Shown in pieces: positions 1 through 7,759 of a stretch of DNA of 64,000 bases (the stretch's first letter is position 1; each line of letters begins with the position of its first letter). Location of the stretch: contig JAQGDQ010002385.1 in assembly GCA_030141605.1 (NCBI GenBank), positions 62,001 through 126,000 of the forward strand, read 5' to 3'. Both the position numbers and the translations under genes were made by a program. This DNA comes from Tubiluchus corallicola. Its lineage: Eukaryota; Animalia; Priapulida. The notes beneath the pieces are model-generated. The model was not told the origin of the DNA and searched no databases. It saw only the letters and a list, made by a program, of their open reading frames with translations.

Positions 1-126
1 TGCTCCGGTATATCCACCGAATAGTGCCATACGCAGACGGGCTTCCGTCCGTCGCAATCCTGCTTGTGGATTCACATATGAAACAGCCTTATCAATCCAG
101 TTTGATTTTACATTTAGCTTCTTCAT
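1..126 (-). CDS. Phage portal protein, lambda family (N-terminal 42 aa; continues beyond window)
   Basis: ATG at 126 overlaps the gpW stop (ATGA); reads MKKLNVKSNWIDKAVSYVNPQAGLRRTEARLRMALFGGYTGA; follows terminase-gpW as expected. Confidence 0.75.
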   Translation of the reverse strand, partial: MKKLNVKSNWIDKAVSYVNPQAGLRRTEARLRMALFGGYTGA

Positions 127-332
127 ACCGGAGTTCCTCCGCGTACACGAATACCACCGCGTTTTTTACGATTAACTTTTGCAAGTAACCAGCGTTCACG
201 CTCCTGCAGAACAGCAAGATCTGCTTTTTTAACACGTTGCCCGTTGTAATAGGCTTCCTGTGCTCCCGTAATAACATCAGTTATGGCTTGCTGGACTTCT
301 ACAAGCTGTTCTTCGTAAGTTTTTATTGTCAT
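123..332 (-). CDS. Head-tail joining protein, gpW-like
   Basis: 69 aa between terminase and portal; 'ITGAQEAYYNGQRVKKADLAVL' pattern. Confidence 0.75.
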   Translation of the reverse strand: MTIKTYEEQLVEVQQAITDVITGAQEAYYNGQRVKKADLAVLQERERWLLAKVNRKKRGGIRVRGGTPV

Positions 333-2213
333 TTAAAAAATTCCTTTTGATCTAACACCGCGTTTTCTGGCAATATTTGATTGCTGTTGTTCATTTTCAG
401 AATTAACCGCACCGATTTTAAGAGGCATAGCCTTTATCTTTTCCGCAGAGCCGTTTAAGTTAAGCTTCCAGTTTCTCATCAATCCACGCAAAGCTGCAAA
501 TGCATATACACGACAATCCAGCCCTTCCGTTGGAGAGCCTTCCTTACGTGGTTGCCATTCACGAACAGGACGTCCTTTAACATAGCGTGTACGAACGACT
601 TCTGCCGTAATCTGGTTAAACCACTCACCATCACGTTCCATAGGAAAATGCCAGCATCCTGCACCTGCTTCATTGATCCGCAGACGCTTTACCAAAGTTT
701 CTTTGGCATCATTAACTCCAATCACATAAACAGGTTTTTTAAGGCGTTTGTTTTGTGAAGGACGAGGCGGCCATATCGGCACTCCTGATCCTCGAGAACT
801 TCCCTTGATTGCCCATATCCGTTTGGCACGGCGTTCATAACAATAGTTAATCACATGGTCGGTGTAGTGTCCGCCACTATCCACACAAGCAGCAGTAATG
901 CCCATATTAGGAATTGTACGTTCATGTTCATAGGTACGATTAAGCACCTTATCTAAATCATCCCAAAGCTCGGGAGTAGAAGGATCACCAAAGAGTACAT
1001 GATAATCAATGCTCCAGCTTTCTTCATCCGTTCCCCAGCCTACAATTTCCAGTTCCAGTCGATTATCCTGCACATCCACACCGCAAGTTAGCAGTGCAAC
1101 ATCTTTTGGAATCCGTGGACCGTAATTTTCACGGCGTTTCATCAAACCTGTCGGATCAACGGCTTCTCCTGCCATATCCTCCCAAGTTTCTGCAAGCTTG
1201 GTGTTCGTCCATACCTGCAAGCGTGGAGGGTCTTTGTGAACCTCCGTAAATTCTTCGGCAATATCACTCCAGCTTGTCCAACCGTGTGGGCTGTAAAGCG
1301 ATGATAGATGAAAGGATACGGTTTTTCCTCCGTCATTACCTTCTGCCGTTGCTTTCCAATGACCTCTTGCAAGAATATCCGCTTTTTGATAATCCTCCCA
1401 GCGTGAACCGCATTTCTCACAAATATAGTGAGCAAGCGAAGGTTTTCCCTTCGGCCACTGCACCTGCGACCACTTTAATGTTTGATACTCTTCACAATTA
1501 GGACATGGCACAAGATATCTTCTCTGATCTCCTTCTTCAAATGCCGTTTCAATCCGACTGAAATACTTAATCGTCGGCGTGGATATCATAAATATCTTTC
1601 GATTGGCAAAGGTTGCAGTTCTTTGAATTGCAAGATTAACAGGATCACCTTCACTGCCTGCATCTTCAGGATAACCGTCCACTTCATCCATAAACAGATA
1701 ACGGATCGGCATGGAACGTAATCCTACTGCCGAATTTGCTCCCGTTAAGATTAACACCCCACCAGGAAATTCCTTCATCAAAACCGTGTTGCCACTATCC
1801 CTTGCTCGCGGGTCTTTTACCCGTTCACGCAAGACAGGACAATTATCAATCGCAGGATCAATCCGCATTTTTGAGCTTCGCTTGGAAGTCTCAACAGTCG
1901 GGTTAACCATCAACATCGGTCCAGGTGCATGATGAATGACAAAACCCATCCAGTTATTGCCGCATTCCGTTCCTCCGATCTGTGCTCCTTTCATAAACAC
2001 CACACGTTCACAAGGATGTGACGGCGATAGACAATCCATGATTTCCCTTAAATAAGGAGTTCTGTCTGTTTGCCACGGTCCCGGTTCACTAGATGAAATG
2101 CTTGTTAAAATACGGTGTTTATCTGCCCACTGGCTTACCGTTAATCTTGGATCAGGCTTTAGTGCATCAAAAAATCCGGTAAAATAAACATTATTAGGTA
2201 GTTCCGTAACCAT
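333..2213 (-). CDS. Phage terminase large subunit (GpA family)
   Basis: 626 aa; MKGAQIGGTE Walker A variant, LFMDEVD Walker B, STPT, GVDVQ and VDSGG nuclease motifs. Confidence 0.95.
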   Translation of the reverse strand: MVTELPNNVYFTGFFDALKPDPRLTVSQWADKHRILTSISSSEPGPWQTDRTPYLREIMDCLSPSHPCERVVFMKGAQIGGTECGNNWMGFVIHHAPGPMLMVNPTVETSKRSSKMRIDPAIDNCPVLRERVKDPRARDSGNTVLMKEFPGGVLILTGANSAVGLRSMPIRYLFMDEVDGYPEDAGSEGDPVNLAIQRTATFANRKIFMISTPTIKYFSRIETAFEEGDQRRYLVPCPNCEEYQTLKWSQVQWPKGKPSLAHYICEKCGSRWEDYQKADILARGHWKATAEGNDGGKTVSFHLSSLYSPHGWTSWSDIAEEFTEVHKDPPRLQVWTNTKLAETWEDMAGEAVDPTGLMKRRENYGPRIPKDVALLTCGVDVQDNRLELEIVGWGTDEESWSIDYHVLFGDPSTPELWDDLDKVLNRTYEHERTIPNMGITAACVDSGGHYTDHVINYCYERRAKRIWAIKGSSRGSGVPIWPPRPSQNKRLKKPVYVIGVNDAKETLVKRLRINEAGAGCWHFPMERDGEWFNQITAEVVRTRYVKGRPVREWQPRKEGSPTEGLDCRVYAFAALRGLMRNWKLNLNGSAEKIKAMPLKIGAVNSENEQQQSNIARKRGVRSKGIF

Positions 2214-2691
2214 CTGCTAATTCTTCAAGTGCTTTGATCAGTTCGCTTTTTAGAATTTCCTTCATTTCCTTAATGTCCGTTTTTCCAACCAGCATCGGTA
2301 TCACCCGATCAGGTATATTCAGTATGCGATCCCGTGTTACTCTGCCTGCGTTATAAGCATCAATTCTAACCTGATCCGCAGAGATAAGCTTACCCGTTTC
2401 CTTTTCAAACTGAATTTTTGCCATGCGGGCATTATATGCCTCCCGAATGGCTCGACTTTGCTGATAGCTCGGTCCTGCATTAAGTGCAGGTGTTTCCGTG
2501 TTTTCAAAGGATTCCTGTGTAGCTACCTCTATTTGTGCAGGGTCTGAATTTTGCTGCCACTGCTTATCCGCAATAATTGGGTCGATTTTTCCGTTTTCAT
2601 TTTTGGTAATCCTGCCGCTTTTGATAGCTTTTCTGATAGCTCCTTCCGTAATTCCACGGTGTTTTGCATAGGCTCTTATTGATAATTCCAT
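2194..2691 (-). CDS. Terminase small subunit-like protein
   Basis: N-terminal HTH (SIRAYAKHRGITEGAIRKAIKSGRI), C-terminal coiled region, overlaps the large subunit start. Confidence 0.75.
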   Translation of the reverse strand: MELSIRAYAKHRGITEGAIRKAIKSGRITKNENGKIDPIIADKQWQQNSDPAQIEVATQESFENTETPALNAGPSYQQSRAIREAYNARMAKIQFEKETGKLISADQVRIDAYNAGRVTRDRILNIPDRVIPMLVGKTDIKEMKEILKSELIKALEELADGYGTT

Positions 2692-2891
2692 TGTTTTTCA
2701 TCGTCTTTTCTTAAGTTTTTTTGGCTTGTTAATTTTTATTCAGGTAATTGTGCGAAATACTGCGAAAAAGAGCGAAAAAACATTCAAAAACAATCATTTA
2801 TGGCTTGATAATCCTTTTAAAAAGAGCGTAAATGGAATTGTAGGCGGGACGCACGGGGCGAAACGCATAACTCAAAAAAAAGGACTATAAA

Positions 2892-3128
2892 ATGCAAAAA
2901 CAAAACAAAGAACAGGCAATCGATAAATTTATCGAAGCACATGCCGATATAAAAGGAATGATGGATAAGCTCCAGGACTTCCATGACAATCACTTCAATG
3001 TTTCTTCTGATGACGTTAAGTGGCCAAATGTAGGCGATGCACACTATATTGCGAAACAACTGGAACAAATTTTACTCTCATCCAACCTCATAAAAATAGA
3101 GGAGGCAAAATACAATGACGAATTCTAA
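2892..3128 (+). CDS. Small phage hypothetical protein (counter-oriented)
   Basis: 78 aa, RBS AAGGA; 'DNHFNVSSDDVKWPNVG' resembles small proteins recalled from this prophage class. Confidence 0.7.
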   Translation: MQKQNKEQAIDKFIEAHADIKGMMDKLQDFHDNHFNVSSDDVKWPNVGDAHYIAKQLEQILLSSNLIKIEEAKYNDEF

Positions 3129-3354
3129 TCCAAAATATCCTGACGTGAACGTCAAACTGGTTGGTGAAGACGGAAATGCCTTCGCCATACTCGGCAGATG
3201 CCAACGTGCAGCACGCAAAGCCGGAGTTCCTTCCGAGGAAATTACCAACTTTATGAATGAAGCACAATCCGGTTCTTATGATGACCTGCTCATAACCTGT
3301 ATAAAATGGTTTAACTGTGATAACGAGACAGAGGAGGATAGCTATGGGATATAA
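3115..3354 (+). CDS. Small phage hypothetical protein (DGNAFAI motif)
   Basis: 79 aa, RBS GAGGAGG; 'VKLVGEDGNAFAILG...SGSYDDLL'. Confidence 0.75.
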   Translation: MTNSNPKYPDVNVKLVGEDGNAFAILGRCQRAARKAGVPSEEITNFMNEAQSGSYDDLLITCIKWFNCDNETEEDSYGI

Positions 3355-3553
3355 TGCATCAAAAAAAGAACAACAAAGATTTACGGCATTTACCAAAGAA
3401 CTTGCCGAACTTTCAAAAAAATACGGTATCGTTCTCCAGGCAATCGGCGGAGTGATGATTGCAGATCCGAATGACGGAAATTTGCAAAATCTCTCCTATA
3501 CAGACGATGCAACAAGCGGTGATTTAGAACCGCTTAACTGGTTTGAGGATTAG
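3344..3553 (+). CDS. Hypothetical protein
   Basis: ATG at 3344 after GAGGAGG; third gene of the counter-oriented cluster. Confidence 0.65.
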   Translation: MGYNASKKEQQRFTAFTKELAELSKKYGIVLQAIGGVMIADPNDGNLQNLSYTDDATSGDLEPLNWFED

Positions 3554-4859
3554 ATTTATCCTGCTCCAATGCAAGCGTCTTGTATGTTTTGCCGCTCTTT
3601 TCATGAACGGCATCTTTCCCTGAATAGTCCTGCCAACGCTTGACGATCACATCCACATATTTTGGATCAAGCTCGATCATGCGGCATTTTCGGTTAACCT
3701 TTTCGCAGGCAATCAAGGTTGATCCTGAACCGCCAAAGCAGTCCAGAACAATATCCTTGGTTTTGCTTGAGTTAAGAATTGCTCTTTCGCACAGCTCTAC
3801 AGGCTTCATGGTCGGATGCAAATCATTCTTAAGCGGTTTATTAAAAAACCAGACATCTCCCTGATTACGAGCTCCACACCAGAAATGATCATTGCCTTTA
3901 GGCCATCCGTAAAGAATACTCTCATATTGACGTTGGTAGTCTGCACGACCAAGCGTAAATGTATTCTTTGCCCAGATGATAAACGTCGACCAATGTCCTC
4001 CTGCATCAATAAATGCTTTCTGCAGGGTATGAAGTTCACTCGAACTCATGCATATATAGCAGGCTCCTTTGGTTACCCTGATTATATTCTGACAGCAGTC
4101 AAAAAGAAACTTTCCAAAATCTTCTCCGAGATTGTCATTAAGGATAGTTCGTTTTCCCGAAGCGTTTGTATAAACCTTACCGCCTTTGGAATTACCTTTG
4201 CTTATGAGGTTATCCTTCATTGTCTCACCGTAATTGACGTTATACGGCGGATCGGTAAAAGTCATGTCCACAAGTTCTTCACCAAGAAGGCTTTTGAAAC
4301 TTTCTTCTTTGCATGAATCAGCGCAAATTACCTTGTGATCACCGAGTATCCAGATATCACCTGACTTGCTGACAGGATTCTCTTCTGCCTGCGGAACTTC
4401 GTTCTCTTGCTCGTCGCTACCTACTTCATAAAGAGATGAAAACAGCTCCTCAAGCTCCTGATCGTTAAATCCGATTACATCAAGATTGTAATCTGAATCC
4501 CTTAAATCAGCCAGCTCCTGAGCAAGGATATTCTCATCCCAACCTGCAAGCTCTGCCAGTTTATTATCGGCAATGATGTATGCTTTTTTCTGCTCAGGCA
4601 TTAAGTGATCCAAAACCACAACAGGAACTTGTGTCATGCCGAGCTTCTTAGCTGCCATTAAACGACCGTGTCCGGCTATAATCCCTTGTTCACTATCAAC
4701 CAGTATAGGATTGGTAAATCCAAATTCTATAATGCTTGAAGCAATCTGAGAAACCTGAGCTTCCGAGTGCGTGCGAGCATTCTTGGTATACGGGATCAGT
4801 TTCTCAACATTTCTCAGCACAATATTTTTCGCCATCGCAGGCGTGTATTGATTATTCAT
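3534..4859 (-). CDS. ParB-like N-domain / N6-adenine or N4-cytosine DNA methyltransferase fusion
   Basis: ParB/Srx motifs (FGFTNPILVD, IIAGHGRL, ADNKL), then DPPY, HPTMKP and DCFGGSGST (beta-class order); start moved to ATG 4859 after AGGA. Confidence 0.92.
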   Translation of the reverse strand: MNNQYTPAMAKNIVLRNVEKLIPYTKNARTHSEAQVSQIASSIIEFGFTNPILVDSEQGIIAGHGRLMAAKKLGMTQVPVVVLDHLMPEQKKAYIIADNKLAELAGWDENILAQELADLRDSDYNLDVIGFNDQELEELFSSLYEVGSDEQENEVPQAEENPVSKSGDIWILGDHKVICADSCKEESFKSLLGEELVDMTFTDPPYNVNYGETMKDNLISKGNSKGGKVYTNASGKRTILNDNLGEDFGKFLFDCCQNIIRVTKGACYICMSSSELHTLQKAFIDAGGHWSTFIIWAKNTFTLGRADYQRQYESILYGWPKGNDHFWCGARNQGDVWFFNKPLKNDLHPTMKPVELCERAILNSSKTKDIVLDCFGGSGSTLIACEKVNRKCRMIELDPKYVDVIVKRWQDYSGKDAVHEKSGKTYKTLALEQDKSNPQTS

Positions 4860-6267
4860 GATTATTTTCCTGTATCTTTTGTGAGATGCATTCCAGTGCC
4901 AAGAGTTCGCCACGCATATGCTGCAACCAACGGCACAACTCCATTCCCACAGGCTCGAATTCTGTCCACCCGATTGGCCAACCCATCAGCCATTCGGTAA
5001 ACTGCGGGTTTAAGGTGAGCGGGTGTTTGCTCCCATTTTTCATAGTCCGAGGGGCTTGGCGGCCAAGTAGTGAGTTGGTTGGAATTTTCTCGCTCTTTGG
5101 ATTCCCATCCTTCCAATCTCTCGCTGTCGGCGTTGCCCAAGATTTTACCGCATGGACTGAGTGATCCCGAAGTTTTAACTTCGCAGCCGTTCCGTCCCTC
5201 CATTCCATCACACCGCCCTCCGCATCTGAGGCATTTGGCGTTCTCCAGTTTTCCGCTGTGTTCTTCAATCCCTTGCCGTATCCCAGAGAGGTGCTGCCCG
5301 GTTCCTGAGCTCTCGGGGTCGGCCAGTTTGCCACTTCCACCTCGAGCCTCTTCTTCGGATTGCCTTCTTTGATTTCCGTGTCGCTCGGACCGTTTGCCGA
5401 AGAGCTTCTCACTGTCGGCCACATCTTTACTGTTCGGGCAAGTCCCAAACTTCGATTGCTTCCCGTTTTTGTTATTTTGCGTAAGTTTCCCGTCTCCGTT
5501 TCTACATATTGGTCGTTGGGTGATATCACTTCTCCCACACTCGCATCGCTTTGTGTTGCCGTCGGCCAGAACTTCTTGCGGGTTTGATAATTCTCTCCCG
5601 CATTCATCTTTTCCAAATCCTGAATCGTATCCGGAAAATCCGCAGGTTGAAGAACAGTCTCTGCAAGAGACGGCGTTCTCAAAACATTTCTGCCGTCCTT
5701 TCTGATCATTTTCTCGGGAGAGCGTGGTTTCCTCACGCTTGCATCCGTTACTGTTGCGGTAGGCCAGAATGAAGAGTCGTTCTCTCTTATGCGGGCTACC
5801 TGTTTCTTCCGCTGTAAACAAGCCTGCCTTAACTTGGTAACCCATTGCTTGTAGGTCATCATGGACTTGTTCAAACCCCAGTCGAAGATGTCCGCCGACA
5901 TTCTCAAAGAAGCAGACTGGTGGCTCGATTTCGCAGACGATGCGTTTGACGTGCGGCCAGAGGTGTCTTGGATCTTTATCACCGAGTTTCTTGCCGGCAA
6001 CACTAAACGGCTGGCAGGGATAGCCTCCAGTGATGCAATCCACTTTTCCACGCCAAGGTTTGCCGTCGAAGGTTTTAAGATCCGTCCAAATAGGTGCATC
6101 ATCCAAGGCTTGCTCTTGCATGCGCGTTGCCAGGACTTCGCACGCAAAGACTTCGATCTCGACATAAGCGATTGTTCGAGCAGTTGGCTCTGCCAGTTTA
6201 AGTCCGAGTTCAAGTCCTCCGACACCTGAGCAGAGGGATAAAATTCTGAAGGTATGTAAATCCACAC
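4852..6267 (-). CDS. Overlapping alternative-frame ('beta') polypeptide of the C5 MTase with W-x-T repeat modules and a motif IX-like segment
   Basis: 471 codons open in a second same-strand frame; six W-x-T modules; LNPQFTEWLMGWPIGWT; GTG at 6267 overlaps the alpha GTG; true start could be internal. Confidence 0.75.
   Translation of the reverse strand: MWIYIPSEFYPSAQVSEDLNSDLNWQSQLLEQSLMSRSKSLRAKSWQRACKSKPWMMHLFGRILKPSTANLGVEKWIASLEAIPASRLVLPARNSVIKIQDTSGRTSNASSAKSSHQSASLRMSADIFDWGLNKSMMTYKQWVTKLRQACLQRKKQVARIRENDSSFWPTATVTDASVRKPRSPEKMIRKDGRNVLRTPSLAETVLQPADFPDTIQDLEKMNAGENYQTRKKFWPTATQSDASVGEVISPNDQYVETETGNLRKITKTGSNRSLGLARTVKMWPTVRSSSANGPSDTEIKEGNPKKRLEVEVANWPTPRAQEPGSTSLGYGKGLKNTAENWRTPNASDAEGGVMEWRDGTAAKLKLRDHSVHAVKSWATPTARDWKDGNPKSEKIPTNSLLGRQAPRTMKNGSKHPLTLNPQFTEWLMGWPIGWTEFEPVGMELCRWLQHMRGELLALECISQKIQENNHE
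4862..6265 (-). CDS. C5-cytosine DNA methyltransferase, catalytic ('alpha') frame
   Basis: Motif I LSLCSGVGG, IV GYPCQPFS, VI ENV, VIII PHKRERLF, X RACGNGVVP; no recognisable motif IX; GTG start at 6265. Confidence 0.9.
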   Translation of the reverse strand: MDLHTFRILSLCSGVGGLELGLKLAEPTARTIAYVEIEVFACEVLATRMQEQALDDAPIWTDLKTFDGKPWRGKVDCITGGYPCQPFSVAGKKLGDKDPRHLWPHVKRIVCEIEPPVCFFENVGGHLRLGFEQVHDDLQAMGYQVKAGLFTAEETGSPHKRERLFILAYRNSNGCKREETTLSRENDQKGRQKCFENAVSCRDCSSTCGFSGYDSGFGKDECGRELSNPQEVLADGNTKRCECGRSDITQRPICRNGDGKLTQNNKNGKQSKFGTCPNSKDVADSEKLFGKRSERHGNQRRQSEEEARGGSGKLADPESSGTGQHLSGIRQGIEEHSGKLENAKCLRCGGRCDGMEGRNGCEVKTSGSLSPCGKILGNADSERLEGWESKERENSNQLTTWPPSPSDYEKWEQTPAHLKPAVYRMADGLANRVDRIRACGNGVVPLVAAYAWRTLGTGMHLTKDTGK

Positions 6268-6290
6268 GTAATCTCTCTTTAAAAACCAAA

Positions 6291-6453
6291 GCGCGTACCC
6301 TGACAAACAAGGTACGCGCCTCTAAATGGTTTATTTTCTGCGGTTATTGATAAATTCGATGCCGGAGTGCGTACCCTTTTTTGAGGCCTGCCGCTAGAGC
6401 TGCCCCGCGGTGCGCGTTACCCTCGATAAAAAGGTCGCCGACAGTACCTGTTG
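6291..6453. promoter_or_regulatory. Putative cos/pac packaging region with repeated GCGTACC boxes
   Basis: GC-rich non-coding gap upstream of the MTase/terminase block; GCGCGTACC 6291-6299, inverted copy 6311-6319, GCGTACCC 6369-6376. Confidence 0.45.
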
Positions 6454-7041
6454 CTATCCTTTGACCAAGACATCACGAAGGGTCTTGTTGAATAGGATAG
6501 CGAAGTCGTCACCGACCGTTCGCCTTGCAGTCTCGATCATCTCAAGACGCTTGGGAACGTCTGCCTGCTTGCGTAGGAAGTAAAGGATGCGTAGGTCGCG
6601 TCCTTTATAACGCTTGGCGATTGCCTGCTGTCCGGTCTTAAGGCGTATGATAAACGCACCGTCTGCGAGATAGCCTGCAGGGCTGTTCTTTCCTGTTCTG
6701 CGTTTAACTTCCTTGATGTTGCCATAAGCAGGTATGGCAAGCCGTCCGTCACGGGGCTTTTTAACACCTCCCGTCTGCTGGAGAGCGGCAAAGCCTGCCA
6801 TGGAATAAACTTCTGAAGTTAAATTCTTCTTTGTAGCAGGGCTGATACGAACAGAGCTTTTAAAACCCCCTGATTTTTTGCGTATCACGAAGTTATCATC
6901 AATGTGACTTCGAATATCCTTTTGTGCAACTTGCGCCGTTTTGGTAAGCGCTAAAGCCAGAGCAAATGGAACCTGACGTCCTGCAACATTCATCAAATGC
7001 TTTGTTGCCTGATCGTTAAGTTCCAAATGAATGACTGACAT
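6454..7041 (-). CDS. Phage morphogenesis/tail-completion-like basic protein
   Basis: ATG 7041 after GGAG; 'RQVPFALALALTKTA' N-terminus typical of this phage family; first gene after the putative late terminator. Confidence 0.6.
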   Translation of the reverse strand: MSVIHLELNDQATKHLMNVAGRQVPFALALALTKTAQVAQKDIRSHIDDNFVIRKKSGGFKSSVRISPATKKNLTSEVYSMAGFAALQQTGGVKKPRDGRLAIPAYGNIKEVKRRTGKNSPAGYLADGAFIIRLKTGQQAIAKRYKGRDLRILYFLRKQADVPKRLEMIETARRTVGDDFAILFNKTLRDVLVKG

Positions 7042-7052
7042 AATTTCTCCAT

Positions 7053-7085
7053 AAAAAAAGCCGCAAGTACCGGAAGACCTGCGGC
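7053..7085 (-). terminator. Intrinsic terminator ahead of the late genes
   Basis: Minus strand GCCGCAGGT-cttccggt-ACTTGCGGC-TTTTTTT. Confidence 0.75.
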
Positions 7086-7143
7086 GGATACAATTTCCCA
7101 ATTGTCTTTATAAGATTGCCGGATTTTGTTTCAAATGTCACGC

Positions 7144-7557
7144 TCATTTTGGGCTGTTAGGATACATACTGGTTTCATTTAGTTTCTGCATAATTGTGCG
7201 TATGCCGTTTTTCCATCTTCTATTTGCCGTCGCTCTTGAAATTCCCATTTTCCAACAAATCGGCTTCCATGGAACACGTTCTGCACGTAGCCATAACAGC
7301 TTCCTGTCATCGATGTTTTCAAGCAAGAGAAGCCAATCGCATGCTTCTTCCATACGGGTGACCTGTTTAGGCATGGCAGGCCATTTGCGCGGCTTTTTAT
7401 CCATTTGTAGTTTTTCCATTTCTGTGTAGAAAATAGCAGGCCACGCAGAAACATAGCCTTGCACTTTAACAGGCGGAAGACGACGCATTGTGCGTGCTGC
7501 ATCCTCAAGGCGATCTGCCACCATTTCCTCTGTCAATTCTTCGTATCTATCAATCAT
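7144..7557 (-). CDS. DUF6362-like protein with sigma70 region-4-like HTH; putative late regulator
   Basis: 'VQGYVSAWP...LWLRAERVPWKPICWKMGISRATANRRW'; occupies the lambda Q position. Confidence 0.7.
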   Translation of the reverse strand: MIDRYEELTEEMVADRLEDAARTMRRLPPVKVQGYVSAWPAIFYTEMEKLQMDKKPRKWPAMPKQVTRMEEACDWLLLLENIDDRKLLWLRAERVPWKPICWKMGISRATANRRWKNGIRTIMQKLNETSMYPNSPK

Positions 7558-7759
7558 GTTTTACCTTTTTGTTTTTAATTCCGTAAAGTTTATTGCCGAT
7601 CTGACGGACGAATTCCTGTTCAGGCCAGCTCAAGCGATCATCATTGGCTTTGACGACAAGAATTCCGTCCTCCAGCCAACCTGATTTTTTGATTTTGTCC
7701 TTGTCCATCTTCTTGGGCTGCATTCGCCCGAGGGGACATCTGTATGAGTTTTTATGCAT
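7550..7759 (-). CDS. Phage hypothetical protein
   Basis: 69 aa overlapping both neighbours; 'DDRLSWPEQEFVRQIGNKLYG'. Confidence 0.7.
   Translation of the reverse strand: MHKNSYRCPLGRMQPKKMDKDKIKKSGWLEDGILVVKANDDRLSWPEQEFVRQIGNKLYGIKNKKVKHD

Noticed and set aside
5014-5772. W-x-T units as a CRISPR-like or DGR template array
   Set aside because: Junctions share only about 8 nt with mismatches, unit lengths vary widely and are all multiples of three, and no cas or reverse transcriptase gene is present.
4862-6310. Dual ORFs as a frameshift sequencing artefact
   Set aside because: Both frames are open end to end and the motifs alternate alpha-beta-alpha, which a single indel cannot produce.
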